From: Chitinophaga pinensis
GTDB taxonomy: Bacteria; Bacteroidota; Bacteroidia; Chitinophagales; Chitinophagaceae
Length of the DNA: 64,000 bases
Reading direction: 5' to 3'
Assembly: GCA_943368955.1 (NCBI GenBank)
Contig: CALRLY020000009.1
Coordinates: 8,983 to 72,982, forward strand
This document shows positions 21,075 through 31,465 of this stretch, one piece after another. Position 1 is the stretch's first letter; every line of letters begins with the position of its first letter. Position numbers and translations under genes: made by a program. Below the pieces are notes generated by a model that had not been told where the DNA came from, ran no database searches, and saw nothing but the letters and a program-made list of their open reading frames with translations.

Positions 21075-22496
21075 ATGTTTTTTCAACACGTGTATGACAA
21101 GTCGCTGGCACAAGCCAGTTATTTTATTGGTTGCCAGAAAGCAGGTGTGGCCATTGTAATTGACCCCAAGCGGGATGTGGATACCTACCTGGAAATTGCC
21201 AAACAAAACAAAATGAATATCACGCATGTGGCTGAAACCCATATCCATGCTGATTTTCTGTCTGGCAGCCGGGAACTGGCAGCACTCACCGGTGCCAAAT
21301 TGTATTTGAGTGATGAAGGCGGTCCGGGTTGGGAGTATGAATTTGAGCATGTTGGGCTGAAAGATGGTTCCACGTTTATGGTGGGCAACCTCAAATTTGA
21401 AGTGTTGCATACCCCCGGTCATACCCCAGAAAGTATCAGCTTTTTGCTGACCGATACACCGGCCAGTCCCGAGCCTGTTATGCTGTTCACCGGTGATTTT
21501 GTGTTTGTTGGCGATATTGGCCGCCCCGACCTGCTGGAAGAAGCCGCCGGAATGGTGGGAACCAAAGAGGCCGGTGCACATGAAATGTATAAATCCATCA
21601 ACCGCTTTAACGCCTTGTCCGATTATATCCAGGTATGGCCCGGTCATGGTGCCGGCAGCGCCTGCGGAAAAGCATTGGGTGCCGTGCCCAGCTCCACAGT
21701 TGGGTATGAAAAAGTGCGTAACTGGGCCTTCCAGTACAGCAAAGACGAAACCGGCTTTGTGAAATTCCTGCTGGAAGATCAGCCCGAGCCGCCGAAGTAT
21801 TTTGCGATGATGAAAAAGCTGAACAAGGTGAACCGTCCGCTGCTCACCGAAGTTCCCCAGCATAAGCAACTCGGTGCAGCCGAATTTAAGGAAGCATACG
21901 ACAAAGGGGTGAAGGTGATTGACACCCGTACTAAAACGGAATTTGCCGCCGGTTTCATTCCCGGTAGTATCAATATTCAGAATAACAATTCACTGGCTAC
22001 CTGGGCCGGCTGGTTCCTGGAGTACAACGAGCCCTTTATCCTGGTGGCTGCTCCGGAGCAGATGGAAGATATCACCCGCAAACTCATGCGCATTGGCCTG
22101 GATACTATTTATGGCTATGTGGCAGGCGTAACCGTTTGGACAGAATTGGGCAATCACCTGGAAGAACGGGATGATATTGGCCTGGATGAATTCAAACAAC
22201 TGGTTGGTAAAGAAGATGTGCAGGTGGTGGATGTACGTGGCGCAGCAGAATACAAAGCCGGTCACGTTGATGGTGCGATCAATTTGTTTGTAGGTAAAAT
22301 TGGTAAGAATCTGGATAAAATTGACGCCTCTAAGCAGGTAGTCATACATTGCCAGGCAGGCGACCGTTCTTCGATTGCGGCTTCTGTTCTTGCAAAGCAT
22401 GGTGTAAAGGTGAAGAATTATACAGGTGGTTTCAGCGAGTGGGCCAACACCGGTAATCCTGTGGTTACAGGAACCGACGAATTGGTAACAGCCTGA
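21075..22496 (+). CDS. MBL-fold persulfide dioxygenase-like hydrolase fused to two rhodanese domains (Blh/CstB-like)
   Basis: THIHADFLSG, HTPGHTPES, FTGDFVFVGDIGRPDL, PGHGAGSACGK; rhodanese IDTR and VDVR...HCQAGDRS. Confidence 0.9.
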   Translation: MFFQHVYDKSLAQASYFIGCQKAGVAIVIDPKRDVDTYLEIAKQNKMNITHVAETHIHADFLSGSRELAALTGAKLYLSDEGGPGWEYEFEHVGLKDGSTFMVGNLKFEVLHTPGHTPESISFLLTDTPASPEPVMLFTGDFVFVGDIGRPDLLEEAAGMVGTKEAGAHEMYKSINRFNALSDYIQVWPGHGAGSACGKALGAVPSSTVGYEKVRNWAFQYSKDETGFVKFLLEDQPEPPKYFAMMKKLNKVNRPLLTEVPQHKQLGAAEFKEAYDKGVKVIDTRTKTEFAAGFIPGSINIQNNNSLATWAGWFLEYNEPFILVAAPEQMEDITRKLMRIGLDTIYGYVAGVTVWTELGNHLEERDDIGLDEFKQLVGKEDVQVVDVRGAAEYKAGHVDGAINLFVGKIGKNLDKIDASKQVVIHCQAGDRSSIAASVLAKHGVKVKNYTGGFSEWANTGNPVVTGTDELVTA

Positions 22497-22519
22497 GGTC
22501 ATTAGGTCCTGTAATATGC

Positions 22520-22553
22520 AAAGCCGTTTCTGCAAAAGCAGAGGCGGCTTTTT
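22520..22553 (+). terminator. Intrinsic terminator
   Basis: AAAGCCG-TTTCTGC-AAAA-GCAGAGG-CGGCTTTTT. Confidence 0.75.
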
Positions 22554-22680
22554 GTTGGGCCATCGTTGAAACAGGAGTAATCGGGCGCAGCTGCTTTGCT
22601 TGCCGCTCATCCATTTCAGGCACCGGGCTGATAGAATTCACTTAATTTGAAGCTTCTTTTCACATCAAACTTTCTGCAAC

Positions 22681-25600
22681 ATGAGAAAACTTGTTTTCTT
22701 CTGTTGGCTATTGCTTGCCGCAGCAGCCAACGCCCAGGAAACATTTCCTGTAAACGACGTAGCCGATAACCGGAGCGGACTGTATGCGTTCACGAATGCC
22801 ACCATTGTGCAGCATTCCGGTTCCACCTTAACCAATGCCACGCTGCTGATCAAAGAAGGACGCATTGTAGCGGTGGGCACCAGTGTAAAAGTGCCCGCTG
22901 AAGCCGTGGTGGTGGATTGTGCCGGTAAGTACATCTATCCATCCCTGATCGACCTTTATGCAGATTACGGATTGCCTGCAGTTGCCCGCCAGCAGGGCCG
23001 CTTCAACTTCGGGGCCCCGCTGCAATTTGTTTCGAATCAGAAAGGTCCCTTTGGCTGGAACCAGACCATCCGCACTGATGTGGATGCTGCCACCCAGTTT
23101 GCAGTGGATGATGCCAAGGCAAAAACCTGGCGGGATCTGGGTTTTGGTACAGCGCTTATTCACCATCGGGATGGAATTGCCCGTGGCACCGGTGCTGTGA
23201 TCACCTTCGCCAATGCAGAAGAAAACCTGGTGGTACTTAAAGACAAAGCTTCGGCGCATTATTCGTTCAATAAAGGAACCTCCACTCAATCGTACCCGGG
23301 TTCGCTCATGGGCAGTATTGCCCTGCTGCGCCAAACCTTCCTCGATGCAGCCTGGTACAAATCCAATCCACTTGCAGAAGGAGTGAACCTCACCCTCCGC
23401 CTGTGGAATGAACAACAAACACTTCCCCAGATTTTTGAAGCCAACGATAAATGGAACGTGCTGCGGGCCGATCGTATTGGCGATGAATTTGGCGTACAAT
23501 ATATTTTCAAAGCCGGCGGAAATGAATACCAACGTATCAATGAAATGGCTGCCACAAAGGGTACATTCATTCTGCCGCTGAATTTTCCGGCAGCGATGGA
23601 TGTAGACGATCCCAACGATGCCCGCTTTGTGTCGCTCCAGGATATGAAGCACTGGGAAATGGCACCCTCCCTGGCTGCCCTGTTTGAAAAAGCAGGCATC
23701 AATTTTTGTCTGACTGTTTCTGACTTGCGTGATCCCAAACAGTTCTGGGCCAACCTCCGCAAAGCCCTGCAGTATGGTTTGAGCGAAGCCAAAGCAATGG
23801 ATGCCCTCACAAAAGTACCTGCGAATGCTCTCGGCATTTATGATAAAGTGGGAAGCCTGGAGCCGGGTAAACTTGCCAATTTCATTATTACCAACGGACC
23901 CTTGTTCCAGGAGCGGACAGCGATTCTGCACAACTGGATCCAGGGACAGAAATACGGGGTGAAAGAAGAAAGCTGGCAGGAAGTGAAAGGATGGTACACC
24001 GTAACAGTGAATCATCCCTCAGGTGTAAAATCATACACAGTAGATGTAAAAAACAACAGCACCGCCTCGGTACTGGCCAAAGACACGCTCACCGCACGCT
24101 TCAGCTACGATGGGAAGCAGGTGAAACTCAGCTTCCCCGAAGCAAAGGGCAGCCGCAACAACATCCGCCTCAGCGGTATTGCCAATGAGCAGGTGTGGAG
24201 TGGTTTGGGCGATGATGCCAACGGCAACCGCTTTACGTGGACAGCCACCTTCAGCAAGGCAGGTGAAACCAAGACAGACAGCACCCGTACACGTCCGCTC
24301 CCCGCTATGGGAAAACTGATGTATCCGTTTAATGGATACGGATTTGAAGAATTACCGAAACAGGAAACAATTCTGATTAAGAACGCAACGGTTTGGACCA
24401 ACGAAAAAGAAGGGATTCTGCAGAACACCGATGTGCTGCTGAAGAATGGAAAAATTGCGGCCATCGGTAAAAATCTGTCCGAGCCTGGTGCCCGAGTTAT
24501 TGACGGTACCGGCAAACATCTCACCGCCGGCTTGATTGATGAACACTCGCATATTGCTGCTGCTTCCATCAACGAGGGCGGACAAAGTGTGACCTCAGAA
24601 GTACGGATCCAGGACAACCTCAACCCCGATGATATCAATATTTACCGCCAGCTCAGCGGTGGTGTCACCACGTCGCACATCCTGCATGGTTCGGCGAACA
24701 CCATTGGCGGGCAAACACAACTCATCAAACTGCGCTGGGGCGTCAATGCCGAACAGTTGAAGTTTGAAGGATGGACCGGCTTCATCAAGTTTGCCCTCGG
24801 TGAAAACGTAAAACGTTCTTCTTCGCAACAAAGCAACCGCTTCCCCGATTCACGCATGGGTGTTAGCCAGTTGTTGTTCGATGCGTTTACCCGTGCCAAA
24901 GAATATGAAGCGGCCTGGCAGAAATACGAAGCCGAGCGGAAGAAAAATCCCAAAGTAACCGCTCCCCGCCGTGACCTGGAGCTGGAAGCGCTGGTGGAAA
25001 TCATGAACAAAAAACGTTTCATCACCTGCCACAGCTATGTGCAGAGTGAAATCACCGATATGATGCGGGTGGCCGAGCAATTCGGCTTTACCCTCAACAC
25101 CTTCACGCATATCCTCGAGGGATATAAGGTGGCCGATAAAATGAAACAGCACGGAGCTGCCGTTTCCACGTTCTCGGATTGGTGGAATTATAAAATGGAA
25201 GTGGTGGATGCCATTCCGTTCAACGCTTCGCTCATGCACCGCATGGGACTGAATGTAGCCATCAATTCCGATGATGCAGAAATGGCCCGCCGCCTCAATC
25301 ACGAAGCGGCCAAGAGTATTAAATACGGCGGCATGAGTGAGGAAGATGCGTTGAAAATGGTAACGCTCAATCCGGCTATTATGCTACATGTCGACGACCG
25401 GGTGGGCAGTATCCGTGTAGGGAAAGATGCAGATGTGGTGTTGTGGAGCGATCACCCGCTGAGTGTTTATGCGATGGCGATGCACACCATTGTGGATGGG
25501 ATTGTGTACTACGACCGGGAAAAAGATACCCAGTTGCGGATACAAATCGCAAAAGAACGGGCCCGGTTGATTGCACGCATGACAGGTGAAAAACGCATGG

Positions 25601-25722
25601 GAGCACCCACCGTACCCTTTGCGCCCAGTATGGAAATCATGCACACCTGCAGCGATCACAATCACAAGCATGGTTTGTTCGTGATTGATGCTGATGAACT
25701 GAACCTGAATGGTAACAACTAA
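22681..25722 (+). CDS. Secreted amidohydrolase-family protein with two amidohydrolase domains
   Basis: Signal peptide; two urease-like beta-sandwich/TIM units (IYPSLID..., LTAGLIDEHSH); TFTHILEG, NSDD, VGSIRVGKDADVV. Confidence 0.88.
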   Translation: MRKLVFFCWLLLAAAANAQETFPVNDVADNRSGLYAFTNATIVQHSGSTLTNATLLIKEGRIVAVGTSVKVPAEAVVVDCAGKYIYPSLIDLYADYGLPAVARQQGRFNFGAPLQFVSNQKGPFGWNQTIRTDVDAATQFAVDDAKAKTWRDLGFGTALIHHRDGIARGTGAVITFANAEENLVVLKDKASAHYSFNKGTSTQSYPGSLMGSIALLRQTFLDAAWYKSNPLAEGVNLTLRLWNEQQTLPQIFEANDKWNVLRADRIGDEFGVQYIFKAGGNEYQRINEMAATKGTFILPLNFPAAMDVDDPNDARFVSLQDMKHWEMAPSLAALFEKAGINFCLTVSDLRDPKQFWANLRKALQYGLSEAKAMDALTKVPANALGIYDKVGSLEPGKLANFIITNGPLFQERTAILHNWIQGQKYGVKEESWQEVKGWYTVTVNHPSGVKSYTVDVKNNSTASVLAKDTLTARFSYDGKQVKLSFPEAKGSRNNIRLSGIANEQVWSGLGDDANGNRFTWTATFSKAGETKTDSTRTRPLPAMGKLMYPFNGYGFEELPKQETILIKNATVWTNEKEGILQNTDVLLKNGKIAAIGKNLSEPGARVIDGTGKHLTAGLIDEHSHIAAASINEGGQSVTSEVRIQDNLNPDDINIYRQLSGGVTTSHILHGSANTIGGQTQLIKLRWGVNAEQLKFEGWTGFIKFALGENVKRSSSQQSNRFPDSRMGVSQLLFDAFTRAKEYEAAWQKYEAERKKNPKVTAPRRDLELEALVEIMNKKRFITCHSYVQSEITDMMRVAEQFGFTLNTFTHILEGYKVADKMKQHGAAVSTFSDWWNYKMEVVDAIPFNASLMHRMGLNVAINSDDAEMARRLNHEAAKSIKYGGMSEEDALKMVTLNPAIMLHVDDRVGSIRVGKDADVVLWSDHPLSVYAMAMHTIVDGIVYYDREKDTQLRIQIAKERARLIARMTGEKRMGAPTVPFAPSMEIMHTCSDHNHKHGLFVIDADELNLNGNN

Positions 25723-25732
25723 ATTATTTCAC

Positions 25733-27043
25733 ATGAAGAAGATCATTCAACTACTGACACTTTTTATCGCCACCCTGGCTGCTACAGCCCAGGAAACGGT
25801 GTACCCGGCGAAGGAATACAAAGGACTGCAGTTTATTACAAACGGAACCGTGCATGTGGGGAACGGACAGGTGCTGGAAAATGCCACCATCAAAATCAAC
25901 AATGGAAAAATTGTGGAAGTGGGTACGACTATTGCCATACCTGCCGGTGAGGTAAAGGTGTTTGATGCCAAAGGGAAACATGTGTACCCGGGACTTATTC
26001 TCTCCCATTCCCAGCTGGGCCTGGTGGAGGTGAACAGCGTTCGGGCCACCATTGATCATACCGAAGTGGGTACGATCAATCCTTCTATCCGTTCCATTGT
26101 TGCCTACAACACCGACTCCAAAGTGATCAATACGTTAAAATACAACGGAATCCTGTTGGCGAATGTAGTGCCGCAGGGCGGACTCATCAGCGGTTCCTCT
26201 TCTGTGGTACAGCTCGATGCCTGGAACTGGGAAGACGCTGCTTACGATAAAGACGGCCGCATGCACTTTTATATGCCCAGCCTGGTAGCCCGTCCCAATC
26301 TCTTTGCATTTACCGGTACCGACAGCCGTCAGCCGACCGATGTGGTGCGGGAAGGACTGGGCCGTATTGAAGAAGTGAAACAGTTTTTCCGGGAAGCCAA
26401 GGCCTACATTGCACAAGCAAAACCGGAGAAAATCAACCTCAAGTTTGAAGCCACCCGCCGCCTGTTTGAGAAAAAACAAAAACTGTTTGTACACTGCGAC
26501 CTGGTGAAGGAAATACTCGTGGCTATTGATTTTGCAAAAGAGTTTGGTTTTGAAGTGGTGATTGTGGGCGGCAGCGAAAGCTGGCAGATTGCCGACCTGC
26601 TGAAACAAAACAACCTGGCGGTGATTCTGAGCCAGCAACATAGTTTGCCCACCACCCAGGACGATGATGTGGATCTTCCTTACAAAACAGCGGCCATTCT
26701 GCACAAAGCCGGTGTACTGGTGGCTATTAATGATGAAGACGGTCAGACCCGTGGCCGCAACCTTGCTTTCAATGCCGGTACAGCTGCCGCTTATGGTATG
26801 GGTAAAGAAGCCGCTCTCAGCGCCATTACGCTCCATGCAGCAAAAATTCTGGGCATTGAGCAGCACACTGGTTCCCTTGAGCCCGGTAAAGATGCCAATA
26901 TTGTGATTTCTGTTGGCGATATTCTCGATATGCGTACGAGCATCATCACCCATGCGTTTATCCAGGGCCGACAGGTAAGCCTGGAGAACAAGCATACGCA
27001 ATTGTATGAACGCTACAAGCAGAAGTTTGGATTACAGCCCTGA
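25733..27043 (+). CDS. Secreted amidohydrolase-family protein
   Basis: Signal peptide MKKIIQLL...; HVYPGLI; GSLEPGKDANIVI. Start moved to ATG 25733. Confidence 0.88.
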   Translation: MKKIIQLLTLFIATLAATAQETVYPAKEYKGLQFITNGTVHVGNGQVLENATIKINNGKIVEVGTTIAIPAGEVKVFDAKGKHVYPGLILSHSQLGLVEVNSVRATIDHTEVGTINPSIRSIVAYNTDSKVINTLKYNGILLANVVPQGGLISGSSSVVQLDAWNWEDAAYDKDGRMHFYMPSLVARPNLFAFTGTDSRQPTDVVREGLGRIEEVKQFFREAKAYIAQAKPEKINLKFEATRRLFEKKQKLFVHCDLVKEILVAIDFAKEFGFEVVIVGGSESWQIADLLKQNNLAVILSQQHSLPTTQDDDVDLPYKTAAILHKAGVLVAINDEDGQTRGRNLAFNAGTAAAYGMGKEAALSAITLHAAKILGIEQHTGSLEPGKDANIVISVGDILDMRTSIITHAFIQGRQVSLENKHTQLYERYKQKFGLQP

Positions 27044-27064
27044 TAGATGATTCTAAAAAATCGG

Positions 27065-27096
27065 AAAGCCGGCACATACCAATGCGCCGGCTTTTT
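27065..27096 (+). terminator. Intrinsic terminator
   Basis: AAAGCCGGC...GCCGGCTTTTT. Confidence 0.75.
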
Positions 27097-27143
27097 CGTT
27101 CCTGTCTAAAACACAGTATCTTAGCGTCTGAAAATTCCTTACT

Positions 27144-27545
27144 ATGAAGAAAATCTTAATTGCCTTATTGCTGGTACCTGTGGTACTAACCTCCTGCAGA
27201 AAGCCGCAGGACGTTCCACCTATGACGAGTGTGTTGCTGCAAAACGAATGGAAAGTGGGTTTACTGCGTGATAACAGCAATAATCTGACTTCTCTTTACA
27301 CCAACTGGTTGTTTACCTTCCGGGCCGACAGTACGGTATTAATCACGAACGGAACCACACAACTGTCGGGTACCTGGAGTGAAAACGTAAATACCAAAAA
27401 ATTCAACCTCAACATCAATGCACCTACGTTCCAGGCGGCCTTGTTAAGCCGTGAATGGGATATTGTACTCGTTGGGCCACTTCGTATCCGCCTGGCGAAT
27501 GATAAATTTACACCCACGCAGGAGCTATACTTCGACAAACCCTGA
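27144..27545 (+). CDS. Hypothetical lipoprotein (lipocalin-like beta fold possible)
   Basis: Lipobox LTSC; EWKV...WLFTF...SGTWS pattern. Confidence 0.7.
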   Translation: MKKILIALLLVPVVLTSCRKPQDVPPMTSVLLQNEWKVGLLRDNSNNLTSLYTNWLFTFRADSTVLITNGTTQLSGTWSENVNTKKFNLNINAPTFQAALLSREWDIVLVGPLRIRLANDKFTPTQELYFDKP

Positions 27546-27553
27546 GCCTCGTC

Positions 27554-28048
27554 CTATTTATTTTTCGGGTAATCAAACAATAGAAATTCTTTTTTTGCTG
27601 TTGCTATGTCTTTCCAGCTGTTGGCATGTATCAGCACGGCAAAAACAGAACAGGTAGGCATATTGTCAATTCGCACCTGTGTGAGCCTGTTGGCATAATC
27701 GGTAATACCGGGATTGTGTGCCACCAGCGCCACGCAGTTGTACTGATTGTTCATTTCGCAAAGCGTTTCCTCAATTACTTCAGGCGACGCTAAATATAGT
27801 TGTTCTGCCCAGGCAATGGAAGGTTGTTGCTTCTGTTCCCATTCCAGCGCCATCAGGCTGGCGGTTTGGCGGGCCCGGATGGCCGTACTGCTGATGAACA
27901 GATCGGGCCGCAGCTTGTGCTTTTGCAGACGGCCGGCCATCAGGGGTGCATCGTGCAGACCCCGTTCGTTGAGCGGCCGTTCAAAATCAGATTGATGGGG
28001 GTTGGCCCAGCTGCTTTTAGCATGGCGGATGAGTAAGAGGGTTTTCAT
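27554..28048 (-). CDS. sixA: SixA-type histidine phosphatase
   Basis: LLIRHAKSSW, DFERPLNERG, SSTAIRARQT, VAHNPG. Confidence 0.9.
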   Translation of the reverse strand: MKTLLLIRHAKSSWANPHQSDFERPLNERGLHDAPLMAGRLQKHKLRPDLFISSTAIRARQTASLMALEWEQKQQPSIAWAEQLYLASPEVIEETLCEMNNQYNCVALVAHNPGITDYANRLTQVRIDNMPTCSVFAVLIHANSWKDIATAKKEFLLFDYPKNK

Positions 28049-28080
28049 ACTGTAAAGATGTTGTTTTTTAAGGCCTGAAA

Positions 28081-28105
28081 TAAAAAACGCCGGAAAAATC
28101 CGGCG
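28081..28105 (-). terminator. Intrinsic terminator after purF
   Basis: On the minus strand CGCCGG-N6-CCGGCG followed by T6. Confidence 0.65.
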
Positions 28106-28198
28106 ATGATGACGTTGGTACAGGTTCCAATATAGATTTTAAAGACGGTAGTAAAATCATACAAAAATGCTGCCAAAACCTGCCAAAACCTGCAATTA

Positions 28199-30046
28199 TT
28201 AATATCCACGTACATTTTTTCCTTCCAGGTAATTGAGTAAAGCCTTGTTGCACACCTTGTTCCCACCCGGAGTGGGATAGTTGCCGGTAAAGTACCAGTC
28301 GCCGGTGTTGGTGGGACAACTGGCGTGCAGGTCCTCAATATTTTGATAGATTACTTGTACCGGTATTGTAAAGTCTTTGGGTGTGATGAGTTCCGCAATT
28401 TTATCGCTGATTTCTTCCGTGGTGAAGGGCTTGTAAATGCGGCGTACCACATTTTCGGTATGCAGTTGGTTGTTGCGGCTCAGTTCTTTGATGGTGTCCT
28501 GCACCTCCTGGATGAGGTCGCCCATCCCACGTTCCTGCAGCAGCTGAATGGCCGCCCGGAAGGCCACAAAATCGCCCAGCTTGCTCATGTCAATGCCATA
28601 GCAATCGGGGTAGCGGATCTGCGGCGCCGATGAAACGATGATGATCTTTTTGGGCTTCAGGCGGCCCAGCATGCGCACAATGCTTTCTTTGAGTGTGGTG
28701 CCCCGCACAATGGAATCATCAATCACCACAAGGGTATCCTGGTAATCACGGATGGTGCCGTAGGTGACATCGTACACGTGCTGCACCATTTCGTTGCGGC
28801 TGCTGTCTTCGGTAATGAAGGTGCGCAGCTTCACATCTTTGATGGCAATTTTTTCCTGTCGAATTTTACGGGTGATCATTTCCGTTAGCTTCTCCTCATC
28901 AAACTCACCATTCCAGCTCATGATGCGCTGTACCTTGATCTGGTTGAGGTAATCTTCCATACCCTTTACCAGTCCGAAGAATGCCACTTCAGCGGTATTG
29001 GGAATATAGGAGAAGATGGTATTCTTGAGGTCATAATCAATATGCTCCAGCACCCGCTTGCTGAGTTTGTGCCCGAGGGTGATACGTTCCCGGTAAATTT
29101 TTTCATCGCTGCCCCGGCTGAAGTAAATGCGTTCAAAGGAGCAGGCCCTGCGTTCTTTCGGTTCGAGGATCTGCTCAATATGGTAATGTCCGTCGGGCTC
29201 GGTAATGAGCGCCTGTCCGGGCATCAGTTCCAGCACTTCATTTTCACCTACGTTGAAGGTGGTGCGGATGGCCGCCCGTTCGCTGGCCGCCACAATCACA
29301 TCGTCGTTGATGTAGTAGTAAGCCGGGCGGATGCCGTGTGCATCCCGCAGCACAAAGCTGGTGCCGTTGCCCGTCATGCCACCCACGGTAAAACCACCAT
29401 CGAAGAGCGGGGCTGCTTTTTTCAAGACATTGTTGATGTTGGGGCTGTTGGGGTGTTGCTCATCTTCCTTCACCAGGAAATGATGCACCACTTCCATCAT
29501 GGCGGCGAGGTCGCTTTGTTTCTGAAACTCACCGGGGTCAATATTTATCAGGGCAAATAACTCTTCTGTATTGACGAGATTGAAGTTGCCGGCCAGGGCC
29601 AGGTTGCGGGAAGGGTGTGTATTTCGTTTGATGAAAGGATGGCAGAATTCAACGTTGTTTTTGCCCTGGGTGCCGTAGCGCAGGTGGCCCAGCATTACTT
29701 CGCCCAGGTAGGGCAGGTGCCCCTTCAGTAAACCCGGGTGGTGTTTGATATCGGGCAGGTATTTTTCGAGTTCGGTAACTTCCTGGCCAATTTTAAAGAA
29801 CAGATCGGCAATGGGCTGGTTGTTGCTGCTGCGGATGCGGTGCAGAAACGGGTAACCCGGCTCCACATCCAGCTTTACAGTGGCAATACCGGCGCCGTCC
29901 TGTCCCCGGTTGTGCTGCTTTTCCATGAGCAGGTACAGCTTGTTGAGGCCGTACACAGCCGATCCCTGCGTTTTAAGGTAGTGCGAAAGGGGTTTGCGCA
30001 AACGAATGAAGGCCAGGCCGCATTCGTGTTTGATTTCGTCGCTCAT
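28199..30046 (-). CDS. purF: Amidophosphoribosyltransferase
   Basis: Propeptide MSDEIKHE then catalytic CG, HNRGQDGAG, HLRYGT, CSFERIYFSRG, PRPP motif VIDDSIVRGTT. Start moved to ATG 30046. Confidence 0.93.
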   Translation of the reverse strand: MSDEIKHECGLAFIRLRKPLSHYLKTQGSAVYGLNKLYLLMEKQHNRGQDGAGIATVKLDVEPGYPFLHRIRSSNNQPIADLFFKIGQEVTELEKYLPDIKHHPGLLKGHLPYLGEVMLGHLRYGTQGKNNVEFCHPFIKRNTHPSRNLALAGNFNLVNTEELFALINIDPGEFQKQSDLAAMMEVVHHFLVKEDEQHPNSPNINNVLKKAAPLFDGGFTVGGMTGNGTSFVLRDAHGIRPAYYYINDDVIVAASERAAIRTTFNVGENEVLELMPGQALITEPDGHYHIEQILEPKERRACSFERIYFSRGSDEKIYRERITLGHKLSKRVLEHIDYDLKNTIFSYIPNTAEVAFFGLVKGMEDYLNQIKVQRIMSWNGEFDEEKLTEMITRKIRQEKIAIKDVKLRTFITEDSSRNEMVQHVYDVTYGTIRDYQDTLVVIDDSIVRGTTLKESIVRMLGRLKPKKIIIVSSAPQIRYPDCYGIDMSKLGDFVAFRAAIQLLQERGMGDLIQEVQDTIKELSRNNQLHTENVVRRIYKPFTTEEISDKIAELITPKDFTIPVQVIYQNIEDLHASCPTNTGDWYFTGNYPTPGGNKVCNKALLNYLEGKNVRGY

Positions 30047-30174
30047 GATAATGAAGTAAGAGCCGTTTGAAAAACCTTTGAGCCGCAAATGTAGGCCACC
30101 TTTAGGAGATTTTTTTATCAAATACGTAAGAGCGGTTTACCTTTTTGGTCTTTTCCTCTCCCTTAGATGCCGGC

Positions 30175-30738
30175 TTATAAGCCAGCTACTTCATGCACCG
30201 GATGCAACCGCTCCGCCAGCCACAAAAATTCTTTGGTAAAGGTATCAATGGCTTTTTGGTAGGCGGGATCAATCAGGTTGCCTGCGGCATCAAATTTTTT
30301 ATCAACGCCGCCCACTACCAGCATGTACGGACTGGCAATGCCAAACAGCGCATTGATGAGCAGTTGCATTTGCTGCGTAGCCCGCATGCCGCCCATAGGG
30401 CCCGGACTGGCGGTTGCAATACCAAAGGCTTTGTGCTGCTGTTTGGGATAGTGATCGAGCAGGTTTTTCAGGGCCGGTGTGTAACTGCCGTTGTATTCGG
30501 GGGTAACTAAAATAAAGGCCTGTGCATCGAAGATGCGCTGACTGAGGGGCTTGAACCGGTCGGGGGTTGTTTCCACAGAGGTAAATACGTCCTGCAGCAG
30601 GGGCAGATCCCATTCCCGCACATCCAGTATGCCTACCTGGTGATCGGTGTTTGCCCGCAGGTGTTGTTGTAAAAACAAGGCAACCCGGTGTGTGACGCTT
30701 TCGGTACGGGGGCTGCCCGATAGTATTTCAATATTCAT
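30175..30738 (-). CDS. NADPH-dependent FMN reductase
   Basis: LSGSPR, VTPEYNGSYTPALKNLLD, GPMGGMRA. Confidence 0.9.
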   Translation of the reverse strand: MNIEILSGSPRTESVTHRVALFLQQHLRANTDHQVGILDVREWDLPLLQDVFTSVETTPDRFKPLSQRIFDAQAFILVTPEYNGSYTPALKNLLDHYPKQQHKAFGIATASPGPMGGMRATQQMQLLINALFGIASPYMLVVGGVDKKFDAAGNLIDPAYQKAIDTFTKEFLWLAERLHPVHEVAGL

Positions 30739-30743
30739 AATCT

Positions 30744-31454
30744 TCAATGGTTTATGGGTGTTTCAATGATCAGAAACTCCGTTTCGGTGGTTGTTTGAAT
30801 GTGGATGCGGTCTGTTTCCCAGAAACCGGCCGCATCTCTTGTGTTTAATTCCTGGTTGTTTGCTGTTAATTTCCCCTCTATAACAAAAATGAAAACCGCT
30901 TTGTTGAGTGGATGGAGTTGATACGTGATTTCCTTTCCTTGCTCCAACCAGCCGAGGCTGAGCTTTGCATTCTGGTTGATCCAGCAGTGCTGCGTTCCTT
31001 CTTCGTTGCTGATGATGGTCACCAGCTGATTGTGCCGCTTTTCTTTGGGAAAGTAGCGGCGCTGGTACCGGGGGTTGATGTTTTGCAGTTTGGGTTCGAT
31101 CCAGATCTGCAGAAAGTTGACTTCTTCTGTGCCGATATTGTATTCCTCGTGCCGCAGTCCGCTGCCGGCGCTCATGATCTGCACCCAGCCGGCATCCAGT
31201 TCTTCGCTATAGCCCAGGGAGTCTTTATGGTTCATGCGGCCTTTGAGCAGGATGCTGATGATTTCCATGTTCTGGTGGGGGTGTAGCCCAAAACCCTTAC
31301 CTGCTTCCACAAAGTCGTCATTGAACGCTTTCAGCAGGCCGAAGCCGTTGCGTTGCGGATTGCAATACGAAGAAAAGGAAAAGGTGAAATGACTTTTCAG
31401 CCACCCGATATCTTTCAGTCCCCGTTCGTTGGCGGGGAAAAGTAGTTGTGCCAT
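30744..31454 (-). CDS. Pirin-family protein (YhhW-like)
   Basis: GWLKSHFTFSF, NDDFV...GFGLHPHQNMEI, HKDS, MSAGSGLRHEE. True start MAQLLF at 31454; the 318-aa track ORF overlaps osmC. Confidence 0.92.
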   Translation of the reverse strand: MAQLLFPANERGLKDIGWLKSHFTFSFSSYCNPQRNGFGLLKAFNDDFVEAGKGFGLHPHQNMEIISILLKGRMNHKDSLGYSEELDAGWVQIMSAGSGLRHEEYNIGTEEVNFLQIWIEPKLQNINPRYQRRYFPKEKRHNQLVTIISNEEGTQHCWINQNAKLSLGWLEQGKEITYQLHPLNKAVFIFVIEGKLTANNQELNTRDAAGFWETDRIHIQTTTETEFLIIETPINH

Positions 31455-31465
31455 TGCGCTTGTGT

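Noticed and set aside
28169-28193. TGCCAAAACC x2 tandem repeat between purF and sixA
   Set aside because: Only two 10-bp copies in an intergenic region, with no sign of function.
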